64,000 bases of DNA from contig NC_057718.1 in NCBI RefSeq assembly GCF_004010195.1, positions 79,602,514-79,666,513 on the forward strand. The letters are read 5' to 3'. Source of the stretch: Chiloscyllium plagiosum. Taxonomy: Eukaryota. Position numbers and translations under genes: made by a program. Position 1 is the first letter of the stretch, and each line of letters opens with the position of its first letter. Positions 37,301 to 49,820 of this stretch are shown here, piece after piece. Under the pieces are notes generated by a model that made no database searches, was not told the DNA's origin, and saw nothing but the letters and a program-made list of their open reading frames with translations.

Positions 37301-37856
37301 TCTCTGTTTTCTGTGATTGCAGAATTTAGACTTCGGAATGAATACCCTTGTGAAAGTATTCTTGTTGATTGGAGATGCTGCATAGAGAAGAAGTCTAGTT
37401 CGAACCTGTGCATGAAGATGTTGGTATATTGGGATGCAAATTTGGTCCCCATGGCTGTTCCGTGTGTCTGGATGAAGAACTGGTTGTCAAAGGTGAAGAC
37501 ATTGTGATCAAGGATAAAACAGATGAGTTGTAGGATGGTATTTGGAGATTGGCAGTTGTTGGTATTGAGTACTGAGGCTGTTGCCACGATGCCATCATTG
37601 TGGGGGATGCTGGTGTAGAGTGCGGAAACATCCATTGTGACGAGGAATGTTCCCGGTTCGACTGGTCCATGGGTGCTGAGTTTCTGTAAGAAATCCTGGA
37701 AGTAAGACACCTGGAAGTACTCAGGGATGCCTTCACAAGAACGGGGTACAATGCCCAACTCATCGACCGCCAGTTCCCACGTGCCACAGCAAGGAACCGT
37801 AATGACCTCCTCAGGAGACAGACACGTGCTGCAACCGACAGGGTACCCTTCGTTGT

Positions 37857-38327
37857 NNNNNNNNNNNNNNNNNNNNNNNNNNNNNNNNNNNNNNNNNNNN
37901 NNNNNNNNNNNNNNNNNNNNNNNNNNNNNNNNNNNNNNNNNNNNNNNNNNNNNNNNNNNNNNNNNNNNNNNNNNNNNNNNNNNNNNNNNNNNNNNNNNNN
38001 NNNNNNNNNNNNNNNNNNNNNNNNNNNNNNNNNNNNNNNNNNNNNNNNNNNNNNNNNNNNNNNNNNNNNNNNNNNNNNNNNNNNNNNNNNNNNNNNNNNN
38101 NNNNNNNNNNNNNNNNNNNNNNNNNNNNNNNNNNNNNNNNNNNNNNNNNNNNNNNNNNNNNNNNNNNNNNNNNNNNNNNNNNNNNNNNNNNNNNNNNNNN
38201 NNNNNNNNNNNNNNNNNNNNNNNNNNNNNNNNNNNNNNNNNNNNNNNNNNNNNNNNNNNNNNNNNNNNNNNNNNNNNNNNNNNNNNNNNNNNNNNNNNNN
38301 NNNNNNNNNNNNNNNNNNNNNNNNNNN
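37857..38327. other. Assembly gap
   Basis: Run of N. Confidence 1.
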
Positions 38328-38864
38328 ACCCTTACAGACACACACACTCCCACACTCACACATGCACCCCCTCACAGACTTAAGACATTCTGCACTCACT
38401 ACACACACACACATACACTTTCTCACACTCACAACCCTTAATCCAGACAGACAGACACACACACAGACAAAGACTCACATGCACACATATATTTTGTGGG
38501 GTGAATTTGCACTTGCAGGGTTACATCGAAATTTGCTCAAAAGCTGCATGAATTCATGTAAAACTCCATTATCTCACTTTTTAGATTAGAATCAATCTAA
38601 ACATCATGGCATAGACAGAGAACACAGGGGGCCAACACTTTCAACATATTGTCTAGCTATCACCATTGTTAACAGCTAACCCGAGAATGCAACTTATTAA
38701 AAAAAAGGTTTTGTGATTTACACATGAAAGAAGTGAAACTATCACTGTATTCTAACAGATGAAAGGCTTAACAGACAATCAATTTTTCAATGTATAATTT
38801 CAGTTACATCACACTGTAAATTTTTGCTATAAATTCTGTGTGTTAGGATTGAGCCCTACACTAT

Positions 38865-38899
38865 CACCTGATGAAGGAGCGACACTCCGAAAGCTAGTG
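38865..38899 (+). ncRNA. Minimal type I hammerhead ribozyme, intact core
   Basis: CAC-CUGAUGA-A-GGAG-CGACA-CUCC-GAAA-GCUA-GUG: stem I CAC/GUG, stem II GGAG/CUCC, palindromic AGCU stem III, CUA triplet. Confidence 0.85.
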
Positions 38900-39559
38900 T
38901 GCTTCCAATTAAACCTGTTGGACTATAACCTGGTGTTGTGTGATTTTTAACTTTGTACACCCCAGTCCAACATCGGCATCTCCAAATCATAATTGAAAGG
39001 AGATTTGTCTTCCTTCAGAGCTTGTCTCAGTGACAGTCACTTATGTTCTGACAGGAGATTTGAAGGAATACTTATTTATGCTCCATTAGTTCATGATTGA
39101 AAGACATTTGTCCATCATTGCTACTGAACTTACCCCACTCAAGGCCCAATGTTTCTCAAATAATCAATAATCAATCTGTTTCATGCTACTGAAATTTAAC
39201 TTGGATTTTGCCATGACTAATGTTGTTACCTCATTTTTACGGTAATGAGATTGTTCTCCTGCCATCCTGGTAGCATCTTTTTTCTATGCTCCTCTGCAAT
39301 TGTATCAGTTACCTTTGTTAAATGCATGGCCTATAGCATGTAAATGGTGGACCAAACAAAAGGTCAAACAAAACAAGCCATTTTATTATAAATAAATACC
39401 AAACTGGAAAATATGAGCTGAATTGACCCAAAGTTTACCTGACTGTCAGCAGAAATGCTCACTGGCTCCAGGACCTTCTTGATTTCCTGCCAACCCAGCT
39501 GTGCACTGGTTCAAATGCTGCAAGCTAGAAATTGTCTTTCACAGTTCTGGTTTTTGAAG

Positions 39560-40183
39560 AATTGCCTGGAGATAGATAAAAGATGTAATTCGGTACCCTG
39601 CTTTGCTGGCATGGACCGGGAGGTCCCAGTAGACATCCTTTTTCATCAGGACTGCTCGAGGAGACCACAGTACCAAACGCTGCCACAGTTCAGTGCTGTG
39701 TACATGGTCCAGAGGAACACCCAGCAGTACTGTGAGAAGGTCAATGACTACTGTGGCATTGTCAAGAGTAAATGCCACTACTTTCTTGCTGCTGCTTTGC
39801 ACTCACTCTAATTCTGCCAGTGCGCACTCCTCTACCAAAACTACCACACCCCCCCCCGCTGCATATGGTATCTTCCTGAATTACTGTCACCCACTCCATC
39901 CCAGCACACTACTAACCCTCCCTTCCCTCTGTGTTTCCTGCTCACATAACTGGGGCACCTCACGTTTGTTCTACCTGCCTCAACACTAACAGCCATGCCA
40001 GCCATTTTCATCACACTCAGTTCCTTCCCTTGTTTAGAAGGAAAGAGCCCACAATAGGGAAGAGAGAACAAAGATGGGTGGTGGGATAGCTGGTGGCATT
40101 CATCTGCTCATCACCTATGAGGAGAGAATCCTTGTCTTAGCAGGACAGTACTGTGCACTCATGTGGTGATGCTGAGACCGCCA
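39560..40183 (+). pseudogene. Decayed PIF/Harbinger Myb/SANT accessory gene
   Basis: 'PCFAGMDREV..ILFHQD..RRP..QTLP...VQRNTQQYCEKVND'; GTAAAT donor 39768; TTTAG acceptor 40037; 'RAHNREERTKMGGG...YEERIL.LAG'; further acceptor at 40660. Confidence 0.7.
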
Positions 40184-40190
40184 GATTTAT

Positions 40191-40545
40191 GGGCAGCATG
40201 GCGGTTCAGTGGTTAGCACAGCTGCCTCACAGTGCCAGGGACTCGGGTTTGATTCCAGCCTCAGGCGACTGTGTGGAGTTTGCACTTTCTCCCTGTATCT
40301 GCGTGGGTTTCCTCCAGGTGCTCCAGTTTCCTTCCACAGTCCAAAGATGTGCAGGTTAGGTGAATTGGCCATGCTAAATTGCCCGTAGTTTTCGGGCATG
40401 TGTAGGTTAGGTGCATTAGTCAGGGGAAATGTAGAGTAATAGGGTAGGGGAATTGGTCTGGCTGGGTTACTGTTCAGAGAATCGGTGTGGACTTTTTGGG
40501 CCTAATGGCCTGTTTCCACACTGTAGGGATTCTATGATTCTTTAT
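40191..40545 (+). mobile_element. HE1/V-type SINE with 7-bp TSD
   Basis: Complete head-to-tail copy; GATTTAT at 40184-40190 and 40546-40552. Confidence 0.92.
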
Positions 40546-41949
40546 GATTTATTGTGAAGAGCTGCGTTGCTCTCCCATTACCACCACTGTGAATGTATTC
40601 TTAATGTGCCAAGTCCTTCTACCCATATTTTCAATTCATTCCTTCTCTTGTTTTTTGCAGGAATGAGCAGCATCCTCACAATCTCTGCCATGAAGAAACT
40701 AGCCCTGTCTGGACATCATCACCTCCTCCACCTTTGAGAAAGAAGCCACATATTTCTCAGAGGATGCACTGACAAAGTTTTTTTTCTCTGCAGCCTGCAT
40801 CAGCTTAGATAGACACCTCAAGGGGACATTAGCTAAATTAAAGTCAGGAGCACCATCTGGTGAGCATATTGCTATTCAACGAAGAAACATTGCAGGTAGC
40901 TGGCATTCATAGGATTGCCAGAGACCAGGCACCTGCTCAGCCAAAGGCAAAGAAAGACTTCATAGCCATGGCTATTAAAAGTTTTATCAAAATGGAAACC
41001 CTAACACAGGGACAGGCAGGTTTGTCAAAGACACCTGGAAACCGAATCAAAGCTTAGACAAGTCTACATTGCTATCTGTACTGTACCACCTCTGGCATGT
41101 TTGAGTTTGGTTGTCTTTGTGGACAAATTGGCAGCTATCAGATCCAAGACGATGAGGAACAAGAGATTTTGAGGAATAAGTGACTTTGATCTCATTCTAG
41201 ATGCCCCTTCCTCACAAGTGAAATCATGTCCAGGCAATCCAGAAGTTTCCTCTCAGAGCACTCCAGCAGTTTACCTCCAACCAGCTTGTGACCCTCAACC
41301 TGTGGAAGTTCAGGATGAGGTGGGTCGAGCTGCACCAGGCCAGGATGCACTCAGCATGTCTGGACCATCTAGCTACAAATGCTCCTGGGGTTGTCAATCT
41401 AAAACTCTATGGTCAACAAGCTTTACTCTAAGGTAGGCTCCCTACACCTCAGCTGGAGTTCCTGGAATGCATTGAGATATAGTATGATGGAAAGGGGAAA
41501 GAAAACCCCCAGAGAGCAAAGGTGACATGGGCACCACTATACTTCATTGTAAACATGATATCACATTTGTAAATACATTAATTGTATATCACCATTGTTA
41601 TTTTTGTAGCTAGAGCTACAAAAATTAGAATGGAGCAGGTATCCATTCTGAGTGCCATGTCAGTCTCTGTCCAGCTGTTCTTTCAGTGGTGCCCATACCA
41701 CCATTAAACTGGTGTTGAATGAGGGAGCATCAGATGTCAAAATGGTTTCCATCAGCCTGTAACATTAACTTTTAACACCGAAAAAGTGAAGAAAGAAGAA
41801 ACTGGTAGGCTGCATTTATAGTTGGGACTAAACATACAATATTTGTCTATCCAGCAGCAATACATTTATTGTTATTAAATGATTACTTCACCTAACTCAG
41901 TTCCACTGAGAGTGGTTGTCAAACAAGTCCAGTTTGGGTTGTACTGGCC

Positions 41950-42650
41950 AATGATACTGTACTGTAGGATGGTGAAGATGTTTCGTCTGATGAACATTCT
42001 CGTTTTACTGCTCAGTATAATACTGTGCATCTCACAGATTCTCATTGTCCATCACATTCCCTCAGTAAATCTGCCAGTTGTCCAGAACACAACATGCAAG
42101 GATGATGTAGTCGCTTCCATCTCTTACTATTGAAACAAAGCCACAAACCTCATGTTGAAGTGACATTGTATAACCCTCAATAGACAAAATGGAAGAAGGT
42201 GTTTCAGTGTATATAAGTTGAATCACATAACATAGTGTTCTGACTGTTACCTCTGCAGCAGGAATGCTGCAGCAGTTTTATCATCATGTCCTGGGACATC
42301 CTCATTCAGTAGTACCTCTGGCTCTCGCTCATCAGTAGGGCACACCATCGAAGATGAATAACTTTGTACTTTGTGCCCTATCTGCGCATCATGAGCGGAC
42401 TGATTGCTGAAGGCTGTTCCATATCTGGAGGTTGATACTTTTCATAAGTTTGGAGAAGCAATTGTTCCTTATCAATTTCTGTGGACCGTCATGATGAAGT
42501 AGCCACAGAAACAATAGATGTGTGCCTGAGTACCTTGACAATGCTTCCAATGAGCATATGCGTGCAAAATCTTAATCAAAGCAGTTCTTCAGTAATATGA
42601 TTAGTCAGCAGTTGCAGCACACACAAGCGATATTTGATAATTGTCACCCA
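41950..42650 (-). pseudogene. Harbinger transposase C-terminal remnants
   Basis: 'IILACCVLDNW' at 42074-42106 (minus) and a second degenerate copy at ~42610-42640. Confidence 0.45.
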
Positions 42651-44505
42651 GACATTGAGACATGGACGCCTCTGATGAGGCAGACAATAGGATGCCTCTA
42701 TATGAATAATTTACATGGTAGATAGATTCAGATGTATGATGCACAGGCTATGTCATGTACATAGAGTAGGAGATTGTAAGTGTAGTTGGAAGAATGAGAC
42801 ATTATCCTTTGACATTACACAAGAAAGGCAGCATCCTATACAAGATAATGGTTTGGAAATATTTGTAGTGTAAAGTGTAAGGTGTAAGAGAAGTAACTCC
42901 TGTAGGCTAGGTGTCCTTAGAACGTGTTCATGAATTGTGGAACATAGGTGAATATTTACAGCTGGCCTGACATTACTTATGTTTCACAGAGATTTTATAG
43001 GTTAACTTGTAATGATCAGTGGCATGGTCAAGATTGCCTTTGGCCAGGATTTTTAGTTGACATTGTTGGTTACTATAAGAAGTTTCAGCTCCAGTATTCC
43101 GTGGTTACAGATATTTCTAACATGCATTGTTTGACTACCTGATTGCCCCTTGAACGATCACAATGCTTACATGTAGAACCTGCATGCACTGACAAAAGAA
43201 AAACACTTAGTCCACCCATTCTGGATGTGGTGGCAGCCATTTTTTCAATTCTATTGTGCACTTGTAATTTGGATGAGCATGGAAGTTGACAGAAGCAGTG
43301 CTTCAGAGTAAGTTGCATGCTCAGCCTGTCAATCCCAAACCTTCATATTCCTTTCTCCCTAGCACTCCCTGTCAACCTCATAAGTTTTGACCTCCCACGT
43401 TCCCAACCAACTCCTTCATTTATCTGTTCAGCGCTCCACTTTGCACCCTGAACCCCCGACCCATAGCTTGTTTTGCCAACCATCATAATGTATTGTACTC
43501 CCATTAACGTCAGGCTAGTAGAAATCACTGATGAGTTCACTTCCTGCAACACCTCGTGTCCTTGTTCTATCACCTCCCGTGCTTATATGCTGATTAAGCC
43601 TTGCCCCCACACTTCACAATTATTGTCTCCTCTGCTTCCTAGCATGCTGCCTCTAATTCTACACTTGAATTTTCTAACCTCACTGCAGTGAACCCTGCTA
43701 ACATCCTTTGCCTTTTAGTGAACAGATCCCCAGGATTGACTTTAGCCCATCCACAAATCAACTTGGAACAATGGCCCCAACTAATGACTGACCTGAATGT
43801 TGACTGATGTCTACGTAGCTCCCTGACTGACTTACCATTAATCCCCAGACTGTATTTATTCAACGTACAGGAGTACTTGTAGTTCACTCACTGGACTTTA
43901 GTTAATAGAACCTTTGACCCTGAATGCTTCAATCAACCAACTGACTATGTCCAAGCCCCTGAACAGATATTAGATGATGCCCTTTCCTTAGTATGCTGGG
44001 ACCCCTTGACTGATGGTCTCTGTTGATTGGTCTGATGATTACTCCCTTAAACTTTGAGACATAGCCATTTGTTTGAAGCTCATGCAGTGTTTGCCACATA
44101 AGGTGTTGGCACCTACTGTAGGAGTGACACTGATGTAGCACAGTTCTTTACAGCAATATGTCCACCCTCTTTACTAACCATTGTTAAAAGGCAAAGCAAA
44201 ACAGCAGTGTGGTGAGCTTGTAATTTCTGAATGAAGTGGCAAGGTGCAAAAAAGCAAGGCAAGTCAGGGATGTTGTGAACATCCAAGTAAGCACAAAGTG
44301 AATGAATGCTAAGACAGCAAGCTAAAAATCCTTAAATGCAGTCTGTTCCAATGCATGTGAAGGGAGTGTGTCCCTCTTCACTAAACTGCCTTGCACCGGC
44401 ATTGTAATGTAAGGTGTTGGTGCACTCCAATGTGCAATATCGAAGTGCTGAACTATTTTGTAAGTGAGCCCGAAATATATAATGATGATGTGGTGAGGCT
44501 CGTGC

Positions 44506-44746
44506 ATAGAGTCATAGAGACATAGCGATGGAAATAGACCCTTCAGTCCAACTCGTCCATGCCGACCAGATGTCTCAACCCAATCTAGTCCTACCTGCCA
44601 GCACTTGGCCCATATCCCTCCAAACCCTTCCTATTCATATACCCATCCAGGTGTCTTTTTAATGTTGCAATTGTACTAGCCTCCACCATTTCCTCTGGCA
44701 ACCCATTCCACACACGCACCACCCTATGTGTGAAGAAGTTGCCCTT
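44506..44746 (-). mobile_element. CR1 (HER1-like) 3' end
   Basis: CATAGAGTCATAGAG tail; homologous to 1-275 and ~49823-50070. Confidence 0.9.
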
Positions 44747-46149
44747 TTGTCTGATGTCAACTTAAATGGACAAAGGGTGAGCTGGAACTATCAGGTACTT
44801 ACTCAGACTTCCATTTACAAGGGGAGAATAACATTTCTACTTATTTTAAGTGCATTTTCTCCCAACATCGTTATTCCCACATCAAGCATAGCCTCTATCC
44901 AGTAAAACTAATGGATTTTTAATACAAAAGTTAGAAGTGTTGAAGAATAATTTATAATGACTTATTTCAATTTCCTTTACCTGTGGTTAGTGCATGTGCT
45001 TCCATGAATAATAAATGCATTATCGGCAGGTTTATGGTCATGAACTATTATCCAATCACTCTTTGGTATAACATATCAGAGTTCCAACACAAAGACCTTT
45101 TATTTTAATGTTATCACTTTCTGAATAACACACTCACCACCACAAAACAGCACAACAGAGACAGATACCAACACATGATATCCCATACAAAACAAATGAA
45201 CCAAGAGATAAAAGCCACACTTGGTGACAGTGAAGAAAGGAATTATCTGATTGGACACTATTCAGTTATTTTTCGTGAAAATTTTTAATAGCAAAACAGT
45301 AATATTTTGGACTTAGGCTTGAGCTAGATTAATACTATGCTCCAGATTGATCAGATTAGCCTTGAACTCATTTTCATATTTGAGGGAGCTGCTGGCATTT
45401 GGTGCCTCCAATGGTTGAATGCCTTATACTGAGAATGAAATTGGATAAGGAGTCAGGGGATAGGTCTTTGATGTATTGGAGGAGAGGGGGGAGGGGGATG
45501 CAAGTTAGAAAGGTGCGGATCAGTGGTGAATTGGGGTAGGGTTGGGATTGGGGTATGGGGCCAACTTTATCTCCAGGCAGGAATTAGAGCATGTTGTAAT
45601 ACCTCTAACCTTTCCTGGTTAACTTTTAAGCTAAGTGACCTGGAATACTCCAAAATCTCCAGTTCATCTCAGAGTTTCAAAGAGTTTCAGATGGATAACT
45701 GGATAACTGCCCAATTGGAAATTTCAACTAACCAGGCAATTCCCATAGAAGGAACCGTGTCAGCATCTCCACATGGTCCTGATGCACATCTATGTTGCCC
45801 CAACAATTACCTTCCTACTGGAAGATTGAGGGCAAAGAATAGCAAGGCATGAGGAAGTATTTCTGTTAAATGCTGTGGCCTGCAGGCTGATCATTTGTTC
45901 AATCCACAGAGGCCAATGATAGGCACATTCATTTTTTGCTTTCCATGATTGTCTTACAGTGATTACAGTACTTTAAAATCTGACACTCAGGGGGTACATT
46001 TTCTCTATATAATGTAATAGTTCTGAAAGAGTTAATGTTGGTGACTGTATTGAGCTTCAGTGATATCATACTGGCTCTGTGGGAATAAAATACCTTAGGA
46101 TCTCACTGAATGCAGACCTACTCATTGTCACAAAGCTGGTACTTTTTCG

Positions 46150-46726
46150 CAAGGTTACTGTGTCCTTGATTTTTTTCAGAGGTTTCATAAAACAGCCCAG
46201 GCACTGAAACAGCTGAGTTGGTGCAGAGATGAATGGTTTATGGGGGCCCTTTTTGTTTACCCCTAAACAGATGTTACCTCAGGCCAAAGGCTTTTATGTT
46301 TTAGAAATAGCTTTTATAATGAAAGGGGAGTGGCCAATCCTGGCAGCTGAGGTTGTTTGGTTCAGTTGCAGCAGAGGATGTGTGAAACAAGCTGCTGAGC
46401 TTCTCTCACTCCTTACAAACTGTAAGCCTTTGTTTGATTTTACTTTTGTGCTAAGGGATATGTGTATTGGGACTGTTTCATGTATTTTCAGAACATTGTC
46501 ATTAAATTGGAATTGGATAGGATAAGTTATTGGGTATTCTATTTTCTGTTCTTTGTCTTTCATTCTGTAATATTGTAAATAAATTTTGTTTGTTTCAAAC
46601 TTGGCAGTTGACCCAGCTAATTTACACTGGAAATATCCACTATATATCTAGCTAAACAAAGAGCAAAGTTACAGTCTGGGTTACCAGCTTAAAGAGGTTT
46701 TGAGGGGTCTGGCCTAGTCCATAACA
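46150..46726 (+). mobile_element. Solo LTR-like element (Gypsy-like end)
   Basis: GTAAATAAAT poly(A)-like signal at ~46575; ends GAGGGGTCTGGCCTAGTCCATAACA; left end uncertain. Confidence 0.5.
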
Positions 46727-47926
46727 TTATCATTGTAGTAACAATGTTTAACAAATTACCATAACTTGAGCCTAATTGCTACCATTCAATAAACCCAACG
46801 TTGTGAAGACAAAAACCTCTTCTTGTTAAGACTCAGCTGTGGTTGATCTGTGGCCCTCAGATCCAGTCAAAAAAAAATGATTGGTACAGCATCCTTAGAT
46901 CCATAAATGCCACATGTTGGTCAGTGATACAAATCTTTGTTCAACATCACAAAGTACAATGGTGAAAAATATCCACTGGACCAAGGAGAAAAAAGTTTTC
47001 TGAATACCAAGTGAGTTTGTAGCTTTAAGAACTTTACTGATTTAAAAACTATTCTCACACAAAGTCAGCAGCTTCAAGCATTTGAACAAATAAGCAGGTC
47101 AGCTGGAATTCCTGGAAATACCAACAAAGGAAAAACAGCATTCCAGGCTTACGCTTTTAGTTAAAACTTGATAAGAAAGTGCAGGGAAAAAACAATATGT
47201 GCTCGAAGGAACTTGGAGACAAGTCTATCTGACAGTTACTGATACCATCAGTAAGTGAGGTCTGTCAAAGTATTTGAGGTTAGAGGCTTGGTTAGGTAGT
47301 GAACATGCTGGAGGTCTGTGAGTATAGTTAAAAATCTCTATTGGGCAAGAGAAAAAACTTAAAATCAATGACACAAAAAAAGTGCTGAGAGCAGTAGAAA
47401 TAAAAAAAAACAGTACCAATAGTTCATTACAAGTGGTGCTGCCATAATATATGGCATCATGGGGCATGTATGAAAACCAAGGGCCACACAAATACTGTAA
47501 ACTGAGGTTGCAGCAAAGGTGACAAAAGAGACAGATGATAAGTTAAAGAGGACAGAGTCTAACAGAGGAAGAGAGAAAAGTTTTGGGTCCACAACGAGAG
47601 CAGGAGATCCATAATTTAAATGTGTTTCAAATGGGAATATTATATTAAGGCTTTATTTGGATTTGTTATGAAAAAGATAGGCATTGTGTATTAAACCTTG
47701 AAAAATAAAGGAATTCATCCTTTTTGCAATCCAAAAATGACTGCAAAAATATGGACAAAAACCCAGTCAGCAATGCAGTTAAGCAGCGCTATCATTTAAC
47801 AGAATTAAACGGTGAACAAATACAGTATACTGCACTATAAAAGCTTTAAGACAGGGAGAGAAAAACAACATTCTTTTATTGGAAATAAAAGGGAAAGATT
47901 ACAATAGCATAGAGATACTGCAAAAT

Positions 47927-48270
47927 TTAGGAACATACAAAAGAAGCAGAGAAGGCCATTTGGCCGCTTGATCCTGCTTCACAATTCAATAATTTCAAGA
48001 CTAATCTGTATGTGTTTCGAATTCCACATTTGCAATCATCTTTGATTTTCTTGCCGAACAAGAATCTACCACCGCCTTTAAAATATTCAATAACCCTACT
48101 TCTATCACCTCCAGAGGCAGAGAAGTTTGAGATCCACAAATGTCTTTGAGAGAAAAAGATTCTCCTTATCCCTGTCCTAAAAAGGCCGAGTTTTAATTAC
48201 GTCCCTAGTTCTGGAATAAACCACAAGATGAAACAACCAGTCAATGTTCATTTTTTCAAGACAATTCATC
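47927..48270 (-). mobile_element. CR1 3' end
   Basis: GAAGCAGAGAAGGCCATTTGGCCGCTTGATCCTGCT...GTCCCTAGTTCTGG. Confidence 0.7.
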
Positions 48271-48329
48271 AAACAGATTTAGGAACTCCAGATTTGGCAT
48301 CTGCAAGATCCTGGGGCCATTAGTAGCAG

Positions 48330-48960
48330 CAGAATCATACTCTGACACAACTGAAGCTTCATTGCCTAATATTCCATGCAACCAATACCATCAAACCAGG
48401 GTATCAACCTTGGTTCAAGGAAGAGAGCAGAAGGGCAGAACAGGAACAACATGAGGCATATCTAAAATGAGGTGTCAACCAGATGACACAGAACTGCTTA
48501 CAAATATCATAAGTATGAGTGATAGACAGGGCTAAGAGATTCCACAATCAATGGCTTCAAATATATGTAAATATAGTCTTGTACAAATGGGAAAATGCTT
48601 GTTTGTTGGATATAGTCAAACTCCAAAGTTTGTTTCTTCATATGCTACTGTACAGAATCGAACTGCATGAGTGACTATGTATATAAAGATATTTTTAAGA
48701 ATAAAGTATATTTTTGAAATTAAAAAACATTCCACAATCAATAGTTCTGATTTAACATTTGCAGTCCTCTGTTATCCAATTATGATTGGTGGTGAACAAT
48801 TAAACAAATCACTGAAGGAAGACTCTTCACAATTATGGGGGTGCTCAACACACAGTGAAAAAGATTAGACTGAGGCATTTGCAACAATCCTCTGCCAGAA
48901 ATGCTGAGTGGATGATGTGTCTCAGTTTCCCCTGCGTGACAGATATCAACTTTCAGCAAA
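48330..48960 (+). mobile_element. Second LINE family, internal fragment interrupted by an L1/Tx1 tail
   Basis: 'QPWFKEESRR', TGGTGGTGAACAATTAAACAA (WW.TIKQ-like). Confidence 0.6.
48553..48728 (+). mobile_element. L1/Tx1-type 3'UTR with perfect 14-bp TSD
   Basis: Matches ~35280-35415; ATTCCACAATCAAT at 48539-48552 and 48729-48742. Confidence 0.8.
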
Positions 48961-48980
48961 TTTGAATCACCGTATTTGAT

Positions 48981-49500
48981 TTTTTTTTTGTTCATTCCTA
49001 GGACGTGGGAGGTGGGCTTTGTTTGCTGGTGCAGCATTTGTTACTCGTCCCTTGTGGTGGAGGTAAGCTGCCTACTTGAATTACTGCAGTCCATGTACAG
49101 TAGGTAGACCAGCAATGATGTTAGGGGAACAGACTGTGTGAGAAACAAAAGGGGATAAACAGAGGGGGTGAAACAGACTGAGAAATAGATAGGCATTGAG
49201 AAACAGAGGCAGAGAATCAGATTGGGAGAAACAGAGTCTGAGAAACAAAGGAGGAGAAAGAGAGGAGGAGAAAGAAAGGGGGAGAAAGAGAGGTGTTTTG
49301 AGCTAGTGACAAGGAACAGCAAGTCAGTATTTCAAGGCAATATGGTGAATGGTTTGGAAGGAACTTGCAGATGGTGGTGTTGCTATGTATCTGCTACCCT
49401 TGTCCTTCTATATAATACAAGTCATAGGTTGAGAGGTGCTGTCTCAGAATCATTGGTGAATTTCTGCGGTGCATCTTGTAGATAGTACACACTGCAGCCA
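48981..49500 (-). mobile_element. Second LINE family 3' end with an internal GA-rich tract
   Basis: Poly-T, TTCATTCCTAGGACGTGGG; GCATCTTGTAGATAGTACACACTGC; GA-rich ~49130-49290. Confidence 0.65.
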
Positions 49501-49820
49501 ATGAGGAGAAAGGAAACTGGTGACAGCATCCTTCTACAAATTTGTATCCTCATTTTTGATTTGGATAGATACTTCAACCTGATATTAGAGTGTTAATGTT
49601 ATTGACCATTTCTTGCTAATTATTTTTGTGAATTTAGTGAGGCCCATGAAAGAGGCGCAATTCTGATTACCTCATGCGTTACAACAGCAGTAGAATTCCG
49701 AGTGCAATACTGAAGTTTCAAGAGAAACTGGACTGGAAATTGAGCATTGTAATGCTCTTATGCTAGACACTACAAGGTGTTCGAATGGTGGACAATGGTT
49801 CTAAGTTGCATGTGTACATT

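Larger units (their letters stand above)
37360..38990 (+). mobile_element. Young Penelope-like element with inverted 5' RT segment, assembly gap and (CA)n-rich tail
   Basis: Minus ~37360-37702 'LVTMDVSALYTSIPH...QTHGTAMGTKFA..Y.NIFM'; plus ~37704-37856 'RHLEVLRDAF..GY...DRVPFVV'; tail with intact hammerhead. Confidence 0.88.

Noticed and set aside
37395..38462. Long ORFs (355, 218 and 182 aa)
   Set aside because: They are open only because they run through the N gap
43330..44000. Possible L2 endonuclease remnant
   Set aside because: Motifs too degraded to support a call by eye
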